Of a stretch of DNA of 38,460 bases, positions 7,348-17,500 are shown one piece after another (position 1 is the first letter of the stretch; the number at the start of each line of letters is the position of its first letter). Under the pieces are notes generated by a model, which had not been told where the DNA came from, made no database searches, and saw nothing but the letters and a program-made list of their open reading frames with translations. This DNA is from a virus. Taxonomy: Duplodnaviria > Caudoviricetes. The DNA lies in the IMG/VR virus record IMGVR_UViG_3300029142_000015, positions 1-38,460 of that record, one strand, 5' to 3'. The position numbers were made by a program, and so were the translations under genes.

Positions 7348-8031
7348 ATGAATGTACAAGTAGACGAAAATGGGCAACCGGTGCAAGCCCCCGCCTCGTC
7401 AGCGGAAGCAGCACAAGTTGAAACTGCCGGCAGTGAAGCCGTACCAACACCAGAAGTAAGCGAAACGGGTGGCGATGAAGCTCCGAAACAAGCTCCTTTG
7501 CACGAACACCCACGATTCAAGCAGGTTATCTCGGATAATCGTGAGTTGAAACGCAAGCTCGAAGAAATGGAATCCCGAGATCGTGAACGCGAAGCGTACG
7601 AAAAAGCGGGTCCCGAAGAACGCGCCATTATGGACTTACGACGAAAAGGAAACTTTGCGTCAAAGGAAGATATTGCTCGCATTCAAAAGCAGCTGATGAA
7701 ACAGGCAGACGACCGAGCGTTTCAAGACTTTCTAAAAGCAAACCCTCAGGCTGAAGAACAAGCAGATGTGATCAAGGCTCTAGCCTACACACCACAATAC
7801 AGCCAGGCAACGTATGCGGACGTATACAAAGCGCTGGGCGGAGGCGGAAGAAAGGTAGTGGCTACTCGCCAAAAGACCGGCATGTCTCCAAAGGGAGGCG
7901 GCGGTGCCAGAGCAGCTACAGCTGGTGGAGCATATTTCACTGGTGCACAAATTGCAGCCATGGATGACGCCACTTATGCCAAGAACTTGCCAGAAATCAA
8001 AAAACAAATGCGGGAGGGAAAAATCAAGTAA
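7348..8031 (+). CDS. Capsid scaffolding protein
   Basis: Acidic disordered N-terminus, HPRFKQV then coiled coil, short helical C-terminus; between portal and capsid. Confidence 0.7.
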   Translation: MNVQVDENGQPVQAPASSAEAAQVETAGSEAVPTPEVSETGGDEAPKQAPLHEHPRFKQVISDNRELKRKLEEMESRDREREAYEKAGPEERAIMDLRRKGNFASKEDIARIQKQLMKQADDRAFQDFLKANPQAEEQADVIKALAYTPQYSQATYADVYKALGGGGRKVVATRQKTGMSPKGGGGARAATAGGAYFTGAQIAAMDDATYAKNLPEIKKQMREGKIK

Positions 8032-8050
8032 TTTTTCTCAACTTTAAAAA

Positions 8051-8446
8051 ATGAAACAATCATACATTGCAGATGCAGTGGTGGATTTTAGCGCCTCAAC
8101 TGGTTCTGTCTTCAAATTGGAGGCTGAAAAGGCCGGGAAGGTTGTTCTCGATCAATGTTTTCTGATCTTTGAAGAACTCGTAGGTAACGCAACCACTCAA
8201 GGTGTTGCTTCGCTTTTGGTTGGAGGATCTTCTGTAGCTACGTACACATCTCTTGGAGATGGAACTGAAGTAGTGGACTCAAGCGCCGCTTGGGCACCAG
8301 ACGGAGTGATCGCTACAGCTGCGAATCCATACGCATACTTCGACGCCGGAGACGACATCGACGTACAGCTTACGACACAAGCTACCGGGGGAACTACAAC
8401 TGGTACAGCGCGAGCCTACCTCGTGTTTGAACTAGCTGACGCTTAA
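8051..8446 (+). CDS. Probable capsid decoration protein
   Basis: 131 aa, G/T/A-rich beta-type sequence, directly before the capsid gene. Confidence 0.5.
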   Translation: MKQSYIADAVVDFSASTGSVFKLEAEKAGKVVLDQCFLIFEELVGNATTQGVASLLVGGSSVATYTSLGDGTEVVDSSAAWAPDGVIATAANPYAYFDAGDDIDVQLTTQATGGTTTGTARAYLVFELADA

Positions 8447-8464
8447 TTCCATTAAACTGAAATA

Positions 8465-9286
8465 ATGACACAACTTAGTACAACTACAAGTGCGAATTTC
8501 ATCCCGGAAGTATGGTCTCGCGACCTTATCCGTGCGGTGCGTTCTTCACTTGTTCTAGCGAATCTTGTGCGTCGTTATGATCGAGACGTGGCCAAAAAGG
8601 GTGACATCATCCACGTGCCAAAAGTTTCGAACCTAACAGCAAACGACAAGGTTCAAGGGGTAGAAGTTTCACCTCAAGCTCCAACAGAGGGCGAAGTGCA
8701 GATCACAGTAGATAAGCACAAAGAAGCATCGTTCTTCTTGCAAGACATCGTAAAGGTGCAGGCAGATTACGATCTCATGGCAGAGTACACAAATGCAGCG
8801 GGTTACGCTGTGGCAAAGGTGATCGATGATGATCTTGCTGCACTAGCTTCTGGATTTAGCCAAACCTTTGGTACGTACAACACGGCAATTACAACAGACG
8901 TCGTACTCGACTCCGTTGAACAGCTCGATGACAATGACGTGCCTCAACAAGACCGAAACTTTGTTTTCCGTCCTGATGTAAAACGTGATCTCTTGGATCT
9001 TTCGACTTACACCAGTGGAGACTTCGTAGATGGTCGCCCAGTTCGTACAGGTCAAGTAGGAATGCTCTACGGAGTTGACACCCACATGACGACTAACATC
9101 GTTAAGACTGGAACGAACACCAACAACATGCTTTTCCAAAAGGATGCACTTGCCCTTGCGCTCCAAAAGGCGCCACGCGTGCAAAGTGAATACTCACTTA
9201 AGGATCTAGCACAGCTTGTTGTGACAGACACTCTTTACGGAACGAAAGAGATGCGAGACGAATTTGGAATCCTCGTAAAAACTTAA
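8465..9286 (+). CDS. Major capsid protein (HK97 fold)
   Basis: FIPEVWS, KKGDIIHVP, ITVDK, LDDNDVP..DR, G.VGMLYGVD, TLYG motifs. Confidence 0.9.
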   Translation: MTQLSTTTSANFIPEVWSRDLIRAVRSSLVLANLVRRYDRDVAKKGDIIHVPKVSNLTANDKVQGVEVSPQAPTEGEVQITVDKHKEASFFLQDIVKVQADYDLMAEYTNAAGYAVAKVIDDDLAALASGFSQTFGTYNTAITTDVVLDSVEQLDDNDVPQQDRNFVFRPDVKRDLLDLSTYTSGDFVDGRPVRTGQVGMLYGVDTHMTTNIVKTGTNTNNMLFQKDALALALQKAPRVQSEYSLKDLAQLVVTDTLYGTKEMRDEFGILVKT

Positions 9287-9295
9287 AGACTCCAA

Positions 9296-9323
9296 TTGCT
9301 CTTCACTTTTTGGTGGAGGGCAA
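9296..9323 (+). other. Hairpin after the capsid gene (stabiliser or attenuator)
   Basis: TTGCTCTTCAC-6-GTGGAGGGCAA with G-U pairs on the + strand; no U tract. Confidence 0.5.
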
Positions 9324-9350
9324 GAATGAGAACTTAATCAAATACTCAAA

Positions 9351-9788
9351 ATGACAAATAGCAAGAAAACTGTATGGGTGAAAAACCCGCATGGCGTGAA
9401 GGTTGCTTTGCCAAAATGGCGCGCTGAAGAACGTGTAAATAAAACTCCGGGGTACACCTACTGTGAGCCAGAAGTAGTGCCCAAGGTTAAGCAATACCCC
9501 ATGGAGGGTGAACTTACGCCGCAGGGTGAAACACGACGCGCACATCGACAGGAGCGTGCAAATGAAGCGGCTGAAGTCGTTAAGGAAGAAGCTGTTGTAA
9601 CTGAAGCGGTTACGGCTAGTGACGCAGCGAAAGAAGCAATGGTAGATCGTCCACTTACCGAAGAAGAATGGAGCGCCCTAGATTGGGTGGATCTCAAAAA
9701 GTATGCAGTGAGTCGTGGGATTGAAGTAACTTCAACAACCAAGAAAGACGCAATTGTAGCAGAACTAAAAAAGACCGAGGGGGTTTAA
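9351..9788 (+). CDS. Protein with C-terminal HeH/Rho-N-like motif
   Basis: WVDLKKYAVSRGI....KKDAIVAEL helix-extension-helix pattern. Confidence 0.6.
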   Translation: MTNSKKTVWVKNPHGVKVALPKWRAEERVNKTPGYTYCEPEVVPKVKQYPMEGELTPQGETRRAHRQERANEAAEVVKEEAVVTEAVTASDAAKEAMVDRPLTEEEWSALDWVDLKKYAVSRGIEVTSTTKKDAIVAELKKTEGV

Positions 9789-9807
9789 TAATTAAACATT
9801 CATTTTT

Positions 9808-10326
9808 ATGGCAATCCCAAAAAGTGTACAACAACTAAATAAGGATAAATTCATCGAGTCGACGGCAAGTGCAGGGGAGGTTGCTGTAAAGGTGGTAAAT
9901 CCAGACGGATCAAATATTAGTGCTGGTGGCGGTGGAACGACTACCGTCGAGCAAACCACACATGATGACTTAAACGCAAATGCGAACATTCAGGTGGGTG
10001 ACGCAGATGCGGCAAAAGCAAATCCCGTACCTATGGCAGATGCGACAACCAGCATCAGCCAGGGTGCAAAAACGGTTACAACGGCAGGAACGGCCGAAGC
10101 AATTGTAGCGTCTTCTACGCCAGCCAAGTTCATCTTGGTGACTGCAAACAGTGGAAATACGGGCGTGGTGGCGATTGGAGGCTCCGGTATTTTAGCCGCT
10201 TCAAACGGAGGGAAGCTCAAAGCAGAGCAAACGGTAATGTTGCCGGTTCCAGATTGGGATCTTCAAAACATGTACCTTGACGTTTCCACGAATGGAGACG
10301 GAATTACTTTCACTTACTGGAACTAA
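9808..10326 (+). CDS. Virion structural protein
   Basis: 172 aa, beta-rich, in the structural operon. Confidence 0.55.
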   Translation: MAIPKSVQQLNKDKFIESTASAGEVAVKVVNPDGSNISAGGGGTTTVEQTTHDDLNANANIQVGDADAAKANPVPMADATTSISQGAKTVTTAGTAEAIVASSTPAKFILVTANSGNTGVVAIGGSGILAASNGGKLKAEQTVMLPVPDWDLQNMYLDVSTNGDGITFTYWN

Positions 10327-10329
10327 ACT

Positions 10330-11712
10330 ATGTTGAATTACGGACTTGTTGGTGGGGGTAATGATTATGCGCCGCTCGTAAAAGGAGCGCAGCTCACGGG
10401 TTTTAATTTAGCTGCTGGGACAACCAATAGCGGTAATTTTACCTTTAACACGCCAAGCGGAGGATCTGGATCTTATAGCTACAGTGCAATTGTATCGCAC
10501 ATTGAAGGTAGTGGTGCGACTTTGTCGGGTTCAGGCTTGGGGCCATACTCTGTTTCTAATCTTGAGGATGAAGATGTGGTAGTTGTGATTTTGACGATTA
10601 CCGATTCTGTAACCGGGCAAACAGTAGATGACTTCCACGGAGTGGCTATCGGAGATACAAATGTTGTAGATCTTATCGCGGGAACTTCGCTCTCCGGTCA
10701 ATCGCTTGCCGCTGGGACAACATCATCTAATTCATTTACATTTAATGCACCAACGGGAGACACTTATGTCACTTCGGTAGCTGTTTCTCATTTGGTAGGT
10801 TCGGGCGCAACCGTTTCTGGTTCAGGACTCGGGGCGTACACAGTCAATAGCCTAGAGGATGGCGACATTGTTTTGGTAACCGCAACGCATACTGGAACGG
10901 ATGGCGACATCGTGAAAGAAAGCTTTATCATTTACGTTGCAGCAACTTCAGTTACATTCAACACCTACTCAACTTGGTCTGCGCTCAATTCAGCGTCCAG
11001 TCCAAGTGATGGCGATTACGGTTTGGTGCAACAAGGTGAATCCGCCCAAACAATGAAATACATTGGTACGTTCGATAGTGTGGCGGTAAACGCATGGCTA
11101 CCGGCTGGTTTCGCAGAACGTATGACCGGTCTAGTGACAGATAGCTCTTCAAACAAGTGTTACTTCGACGTACCAGCTGGTGACGATCTTTCCGCCGTAA
11201 CAGCGCGAGGGTGGTCTGATTCTGGAGGTACGACAGATGTGAGTGGTTATTTGCAGATTGACTCAACGGCTTCCGTAGAGAGCTTGTTGTTTACTAGTAA
11301 TTTGGCCGCCGGTAAAGAGCTTTTGATCTACTTTGAAGCAACTCCGGTAGCGGTAGCTGGTGGATCCGGGCACAATGGAGTGCAGATTCAAGCTAAGGAT
11401 GGGTCAAACGATATTCGGTGTACGCTTTCAGAGAACACAACCGTAGGGCAATACCAGCTGCTTACTAGTGGTGGTGGGCGTGAAGGTGATGAAGAGGCAG
11501 TTGTAGCAGACGACACGCCCACAGTTTTATGGCTGTCTGATCAAGTAGGCGCGAAGCTTATCCCTTACGGAATTACAAGTGGGGAGTACATGTCAATGAG
11601 TAACACGGATGCATTTGCTACGACAACTTCAAAAGAAATTGGGCCAATCACGCGTAGTGGCTCTGGAAACACAATTAAGGTCGCGAGATTCTTTGCCTTT
11701 TATGTAAACTAA
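10330..11712 (+). CDS. Virion fibre/decoration protein with two tandem repeats
   Basis: 460 aa, S/G/T-rich; LAAGTT.S..FTFN.P...VSH..GSGAT.SGSGLG.Y.V..LED occurs twice. Confidence 0.6.
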   Translation: MLNYGLVGGGNDYAPLVKGAQLTGFNLAAGTTNSGNFTFNTPSGGSGSYSYSAIVSHIEGSGATLSGSGLGPYSVSNLEDEDVVVVILTITDSVTGQTVDDFHGVAIGDTNVVDLIAGTSLSGQSLAAGTTSSNSFTFNAPTGDTYVTSVAVSHLVGSGATVSGSGLGAYTVNSLEDGDIVLVTATHTGTDGDIVKESFIIYVAATSVTFNTYSTWSALNSASSPSDGDYGLVQQGESAQTMKYIGTFDSVAVNAWLPAGFAERMTGLVTDSSSNKCYFDVPAGDDLSAVTARGWSDSGGTTDVSGYLQIDSTASVESLLFTSNLAAGKELLIYFEATPVAVAGGSGHNGVQIQAKDGSNDIRCTLSENTTVGQYQLLTSGGGREGDEEAVVADDTPTVLWLSDQVGAKLIPYGITSGEYMSMSNTDAFATTTSKEIGPITRSGSGNTIKVARFFAFYVN

Positions 11713-11713
11713 T

Positions 11714-11920
11714 ATGATTGCAATTTTTTCACCAACGGATTACGCAACAGTCCGTAACAATATTCTAAATAATGATCCGAGTGCACGTTTTGTAATTGCT
11801 GTCATTCAAGCGGATGCAGACGCAATGGACGGCCAAACATACGATCATGTTTACGTCGATACGGCCGGAGAAACACTCTACCAAAGCGTGACAGTTTACG
11901 GTCCTAAGGTTTCAGTTTAA
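11714..11920 (+). CDS. Hypothetical protein
   Basis: 68 aa, tightly packed in the operon. Confidence 0.6.
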   Translation: MIAIFSPTDYATVRNNILNNDPSARFVIAVIQADADAMDGQTYDHVYVDTAGETLYQSVTVYGPKVSV

Positions 11921-11922
11921 CA

Positions 11923-12576
11923 ATGGCAACACTTACACAACTTACCGATGATGCACGTCAAGACATAGCTATCGATCCAAATGGTGATCTTTGGCCAGAT
12001 GCGCAAATCAAACGCTACATCAACGAGTTCGTAGGCGAGGTTTACACCTGGCTCGACTTGGATTTTGCAGAGCTCACAGACGACTTAACTCTCGTGGCTG
12101 GAACGAACAGTTACGATCTGAGTACAGAGCTTTCAAATTATGGACGTGTAGAGTCGATTCGCTTGGCAGGGCGATACACTGACTTGCAATACGTAGAAAA
12201 CGTTAGTGAGTTTGAAGAGGGATTGGACACTACGCAGCAAAACGAGCCATCACAATGGACGTTTTACGGAGACAATACAATTTTACTTTCTCCAACGCCA
12301 GACGGCGTAATTGCGACTGCCACAGTAAGATATAACCGTGCAGCACCAACGCTTGCGGATGGTGAGTCTCCAGCGTGGGATTCAGCGTGGCATCACGTGC
12401 CGAAACTATATGCTATTTGGCAGTGTTTCCAAAGTAAGGTGGGGTTTGAAACAAAGGCTCAAGCAGCAGCTGGGGCATTCTTCGAAAAAGAGTCTCAGAT
12501 GAAGCATGACCTTTGGATCAAGAAAACCGGGGGATTACGTATGCAAAATATGACTCGAACAGCATGGCCCGTGTAA
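11923..12576 (+). CDS. Head-tail adaptor protein
   Basis: 217 aa; TL.QL....R, IKRYINE, LVAGTNSYDL, LSPTPD; precedes the nozzle. Confidence 0.7.
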   Translation: MATLTQLTDDARQDIAIDPNGDLWPDAQIKRYINEFVGEVYTWLDLDFAELTDDLTLVAGTNSYDLSTELSNYGRVESIRLAGRYTDLQYVENVSEFEEGLDTTQQNEPSQWTFYGDNTILLSPTPDGVIATATVRYNRAAPTLADGESPAWDSAWHHVPKLYAIWQCFQSKVGFETKAQAAAGAFFEKESQMKHDLWIKKTGGLRMQNMTRTAWPV

Positions 12577-14591
12577 AGCCAATTAAAATTCAGGACGTCA
12601 CTGGTGGTATGAACACTGGTGAGCCAACGGGGATTGAGGACAATCAATTCTCCGATTTAAAAAATATGTTTTACGATCAAGATCGGCGCTTGCAGGTCCG
12701 TCGTGGTTCTATTGCATTTAGTGATCCTATCCCAGATACGGTCGTTTTAATTAATGCGTGTGACGCCATTACAGATTTTAGCGTTGCAGACGATGGCGCG
12801 AACATAGCGACTGATACAGCTCGCAGGGGCTCGAATTCTTTAGCGTTTGATGTTGACGTTTCGGCTTCAGCATCTAATAGTGCGTCGCTCATTTGGAGTG
12901 GGTCAAGTGCAGTTGATTCTTCCAGCGCAACCGACACTTTCGCCTTTTGGTTTTTACCGCCAACAGACTACGCAACTGATCTAACTGACATAAAAATCCA
13001 TCTTGGTTCTAGCGCAAGCGATTACCACGAATGGACTTTAGGAGCTCTAACGGAGAACGAATGGAATTTTGTAGTTCTATCGTTCACAGATGCAACCGAC
13101 ACAGGAACTCCAGACGATTCAGCTATTGATCACTTTCAGGTAGAGATTAATTATGACGCAGCGTATACCGACAAACTAGGTTGGGCAATCGATTCACTGT
13201 ATACGTACAGCTCTAGCTCAAGTAGCGGGCAGCACTCATTGCAATTTCACAAAGACTCCCAAGGAACGCGCTATTTGCTTGCTGGTGTTGGTGAGAATAT
13301 ATTTGAATATCGGATTGCAGAAGATAAGTGGGAGGTAATCAAAACCGGGCTTACGGACGGCCAACGTTTCAGTAGTGGAATGTTTAAAGATGTGATTTCG
13401 ATCACAAACGGAGTGGATAACTACATGACCTACAACGGCACCACGGTTACAGAGCATGCCAGCGTGGCGAAAGGGAAATATATTGTGATTGCAAATGACG
13501 TAGGGTATTTGGCTGGAGTTTCTACGGACGCCAGTACGGTTTACTACACAAATGCAAACCCAACGGATTTAACGACGTTTCCAAATAACGAGCCTATTGA
13601 CGAAGACAACGGGCAAAGCATTACAGCCATTGGTCGAGTGGGTCCATTGCTCACCATTGGAAAAGAGCGCAGCATGTACATTTTTGATTCTGCAACACCG
13701 AGCGTAGAGAATATTGATTATGAAGGAGGTGTAGAAGCGCACAGAGCTCAGGCTCAAGTAGAGAACGATCGTTACGTACTTTCGGCAGAAGGTGTGGTTT
13801 CTCTAGCACAACGTGAAGCTACAACAGGTGCTCTACGAGGAACGCCAATTTCTCGTAATATTCAAAGCATCTTGGATGGTCTAGAAAACACGCACCTGGC
13901 GTGTGCTGCGTATTGGCCAGCGACAAACAATTTTTATCTTGCGGTGGATGACGAAAACACCGGGACAAATCGTACAATCTACGTATTGAGTTCACTCACC
14001 AACGCATGGACTTACTACAAGGGAATTAACGCAAATGAGTTTTGTGTGTACGAGGACGAAGACGGTGTACAACATCTATTGGTGGCAAACCCGTATGGTG
14101 GGCAAACCGTGGAAATGGAAACCGGTTACAACGACCAAGGCTCTGCGATCGCATGGAATATCACTTCCAAGACTTACGACTTCGGAGAAGCAGGGCGTTT
14201 AATGACGTACCCACGTGCGGATATTAAAGGTTTGCATAGTGAGCAAAGTGAAGCGGAAGTCACCGCTACAACCGTGTTGGTGACGCAACAAACCAAAACA
14301 AAACATATTAATTATAGTGAAGATTTAGACTTGAAGACCACCGGCTCTACTTCACCTCTTGGCGTAAAAGAGTTTGGTAGCACGCCATTCGGAGGTGCGG
14401 TCAGTAGTGGATCTAGTAGTAAATTGAACCTTTATCCGTTCCAGCGTTACATGCCTCTTTATATGACCGGGCGTTACATCACGCTCAGTATGGGTGGAGA
14501 CGCATTGAACAGTTCATTGGCTCTTACCAACATTAACATCTTCCCTATTCCGCACGACGCAAACGTGGTGCCAACTAACCTATACATTTAA
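12564..14591 (+). CDS. Tail nozzle/stabilisation protein
   Basis: Likely start ATG 12564 (MARVKPIKIQDVTGGMNT); NMFYD...L.VRRG; propeller-like repeats; SKTYDFG. Confidence 0.7.
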   Translation: MARVKPIKIQDVTGGMNTGEPTGIEDNQFSDLKNMFYDQDRRLQVRRGSIAFSDPIPDTVVLINACDAITDFSVADDGANIATDTARRGSNSLAFDVDVSASASNSASLIWSGSSAVDSSSATDTFAFWFLPPTDYATDLTDIKIHLGSSASDYHEWTLGALTENEWNFVVLSFTDATDTGTPDDSAIDHFQVEINYDAAYTDKLGWAIDSLYTYSSSSSSGQHSLQFHKDSQGTRYLLAGVGENIFEYRIAEDKWEVIKTGLTDGQRFSSGMFKDVISITNGVDNYMTYNGTTVTEHASVAKGKYIVIANDVGYLAGVSTDASTVYYTNANPTDLTTFPNNEPIDEDNGQSITAIGRVGPLLTIGKERSMYIFDSATPSVENIDYEGGVEAHRAQAQVENDRYVLSAEGVVSLAQREATTGALRGTPISRNIQSILDGLENTHLACAAYWPATNNFYLAVDDENTGTNRTIYVLSSLTNAWTYYKGINANEFCVYEDEDGVQHLLVANPYGGQTVEMETGYNDQGSAIAWNITSKTYDFGEAGRLMTYPRADIKGLHSEQSEAEVTATTVLVTQQTKTKHINYSEDLDLKTTGSTSPLGVKEFGSTPFGGAVSSGSSSKLNLYPFQRYMPLYMTGRYITLSMGGDALNSSLALTNINIFPIPHDANVVPTNLYI

Positions 14592-14593
14592 GA

Positions 14594-15883
14594 ATGACAG
14601 ACTTTACAACGTACCCACGTCAAGATTTCTACCGCTCTGAATTAGCGTCTGCAATCGCAGCAGCCGACACTTCCATTGCGGTGGCAACAGCGCCAAGCTT
14701 TACGCTCAGTAGCGGATCTTGTTATGGAGTAATCGATCCAGAGGGCGCGGGGGAAATTATAGAAGTAACCGGAATTTCCGGAACCACGCTTACAGTAACG
14801 CGTGGAATCGCGAAATACGAAGGTGGAGGCTCTAGCGCTTCAGCTCACGCAGGTGGGACAACTATCATCTTTTCCAACAACTGGAAACTTTTTGACGATA
14901 TTAAAACAGCTATTGCCAGCAAGGCAAACACAGCCGGTGACACTTTTTCTGGCTTGATTCAATTCAGTGGAACGGATCACGCTGGGGTTAAGCTTATTTC
15001 ACTTACCACAGCAGAGCGTACGGCCCTAAGCGCCAGCAACGGTATGGTGGTGTACGATTCTACAATCGGAGAAAACTACCAGTACATTGGAGGTGCATGG
15101 TCCGCAGTTAGTGCGGGTAGCACACAGCCAAATGGATCCACCACGGTAGCTGGTAAATTTGAAGCCGCAGACGCTTCCGAGCGTGCTTCAGGTACAGCGG
15201 TAGGTGGAACGGGAGCGCTTTTAATTCCAACAAACGACGCTCTGGTCAAGACAAGCAGCGGAGCAGGCGATGAAAACAAGATCCCAGTTTTGAATGCCTC
15301 GGGGCAATTAGCAGGTGGTTTTGTAGATACAAGCGCGTTGGCAGAAAAGTCAACCTGGAGTGCTAAAGCAGTTTTGGTTTCCGCAACAGCAGCAAGTACG
15401 CCAGCGGCACTTACCGTTGGAACAGATGGACAGGTGCTTGAAGCAGACAGTGGTGAATCAACAGGGTTGAAGTGGGCAGACCGATTACGACACACCTTTG
15501 GAGTGACTAACTTGTCACCAACCGCAACAGGTGATTCGGTGACTATAGCCCATGGACTTGGCGAAACGCCAGCATTCTTCAAGGTGACTTATATGAACGC
15601 AAATCAACCAAATAAGGTATCAGGTCACGGGATTTATGATGGATCTAGCTATGCCCTGGTTTACGAATTGGACGACCAAAGCGGAGGATCGCCTGGAAAC
15701 GGGGCGTTGACATCAACAAGCAAGATCATCATTTCGGACGCAGAAAGTGTGGCTAATGGCCAGTGGACTGCAACGGTGACAACTTACAACGCAACAAACG
15801 TGATCATCGAGTGTGACACGTATGGATCCGGAGTATCAGCAAGTAATCGCGACGTGAAGATCCTTTGGGAAGCGCAAGCATAG
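14594..15883 (+). CDS. Tail fibre
   Basis: EII.VTGISGTTLTVTRG, LTTAERTAL.A.NGMVVYD, GTDGQVL.ADS..TGLKW, IAHGLG.TP fibre-type motifs. Confidence 0.7.
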   Translation: MTDFTTYPRQDFYRSELASAIAAADTSIAVATAPSFTLSSGSCYGVIDPEGAGEIIEVTGISGTTLTVTRGIAKYEGGGSSASAHAGGTTIIFSNNWKLFDDIKTAIASKANTAGDTFSGLIQFSGTDHAGVKLISLTTAERTALSASNGMVVYDSTIGENYQYIGGAWSAVSAGSTQPNGSTTVAGKFEAADASERASGTAVGGTGALLIPTNDALVKTSSGAGDENKIPVLNASGQLAGGFVDTSALAEKSTWSAKAVLVSATAASTPAALTVGTDGQVLEADSGESTGLKWADRLRHTFGVTNLSPTATGDSVTIAHGLGETPAFFKVTYMNANQPNKVSGHGIYDGSSYALVYELDDQSGGSPGNGALTSTSKIIISDAESVANGQWTATVTTYNATNVIIECDTYGSGVSASNRDVKILWEAQA

Positions 15884-15916
15884 ACTTTACAATTATTTTT
15901 TCAACTTTTTACAATT

Positions 15917-17500
15917 ATGGCAATCGATCGCAGTAAAATACTCGACTTCGCACGGAACCGCCTAGACCGGAGTATTGAATCCGGGAACGAGGCAGCTGCA
16001 GCTGCGAATCGAAGTTTAATTTCAAGTTTTGACGACCCGCAAAACCGAGTACAAAAAGAAGGGTCCGAAGCAACGTTTGGAGGACGTCCATCCACAGACG
16101 TAACACGTTCAGGAGGTCGCAGCACCGATGGAACGCTGGGCACAGCTGGAGCATTCGTACGAGACTTACCAATCCCACAATTCTCACAAGAACAACGTGA
16201 TGCTGACTTTATTACGGGCATTGGTGGAAAGACTTTGAATCAACTTACAGCAGATGAGATCACACGACTTATCCAACTTGAACAACAACGTGCAGGAGAA
16301 GGTGCTATTAAAAGTGTCACAGATCAATTTGGAACCGGTCTCCAGACTTTAGAGGGTCAAATTGATCGTGCAAACCTAGACTTAGAAACGGCAAGAGAGC
16401 AAGAAGCGGCATTTGCAAATGAAGAAATTCAAAGAGCGTTTGGCTTGGTTGATCAAAAATATGCGCCACGTTTTAGCCGCCTAGAACAGCAGGGTGAGCA
16501 GCAGCTCGAGGACACGCAACGTTCATTTAGCTTCCGCGGCACAGGTCGTGGAACACGAGCAACAGACGCAAGGCAAGAGGTATTGGCACAAACTGCAGAA
16601 TTAAAAGCTGCGGTAGAGGCTGAAGTGCTGCTAGAGAAACGATTACAGGAAGCAACTATTAGAGGTGAGGCAGATGCGGTGATCGAAGGTTTGTCCAACC
16701 AATTAAATTCACTTAAAACACAACGTATTGAGCTAGAAAACGCACAGGCAACCGCTATTGCGTCTCTACGTCAAGAGCTTCAACAAACAGGAGCTGGTTC
16801 AGTGGAACAATTCTTACAAACATTGCAAACGCAAGCGTCGCTAGCACAGTTCGACCCAACGCTTTCAAATGCTCTTGGGCAAATCGTGGATTCACAAGGA
16901 AACGTACTTACCGCCGCAGATGGTTCGAAGCTCGAATTTGCGACTTCACTTCCAGATGCAGATGCAGCGATTTCTCAAGCACTTGGATTCTTGGCCGACG
17001 CCAAAGGTTCCGCAATCGTGGACGTTGAAGGGAACGCCATTCCGATCAACAAAGGGGTTAAGTCAACTTTCCAAGATGGTGCGAAGAACACGTACATTCT
17101 CTTTGAAGACGGATCCGTACAACAAATTGGATCCAAGAGTGCTGCCGGTGGCTCAGGGGTTGGAGGCCTAGGTTACGATCCAAATCAAACAGCAGCGTAC
17201 AACGACATTGCGGCTTACGCAGCAGACAACAACGTGACATTTACGCAGGCAGTAGATGACCTTGGTTACGGCACAAGCATTGGTGATCGGACAGAGTTGA
17301 TCAATGAGACAGGTGCGTACGTTCAAGCATTGGCCGCAGGCCAACCAGCCGTGGCGCCCGAGCCACAGTTTGAAAGAACCGGTGGGGCGGTGAGTGATAT
17401 ATATCAAGGTATTGTAACTGGTGAAGGTGTGCAATCTGTGAAGCAGGCCGGTGGAACCGTTCTAGACTTCTTATTCGGTGAAAAACAACAAACTAATTAA
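15917..17500 (+). CDS. Internal virion/ejection protein
   Basis: 527 aa, Q/A-rich coiled coil, after tail genes. Confidence 0.55.
   Translation: MAIDRSKILDFARNRLDRSIESGNEAAAAANRSLISSFDDPQNRVQKEGSEATFGGRPSTDVTRSGGRSTDGTLGTAGAFVRDLPIPQFSQEQRDADFITGIGGKTLNQLTADEITRLIQLEQQRAGEGAIKSVTDQFGTGLQTLEGQIDRANLDLETAREQEAAFANEEIQRAFGLVDQKYAPRFSRLEQQGEQQLEDTQRSFSFRGTGRGTRATDARQEVLAQTAELKAAVEAEVLLEKRLQEATIRGEADAVIEGLSNQLNSLKTQRIELENAQATAIASLRQELQQTGAGSVEQFLQTLQTQASLAQFDPTLSNALGQIVDSQGNVLTAADGSKLEFATSLPDADAAISQALGFLADAKGSAIVDVEGNAIPINKGVKSTFQDGAKNTYILFEDGSVQQIGSKSAAGGSGVGGLGYDPNQTAAYNDIAAYAADNNVTFTQAVDDLGYGTSIGDRTELINETGAYVQALAAGQPAVAPEPQFERTGGAVSDIYQGIVTGEGVQSVKQAGGTVLDFLFGEKQQTN

Noticed and set aside
9272-9354. 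T7 10B-style capsid frameshift at GTA AAA ACT TAA
   Set aside because: No proper slippery heptamer, and no alternative frame fuses to the next gene; only short extensions result.
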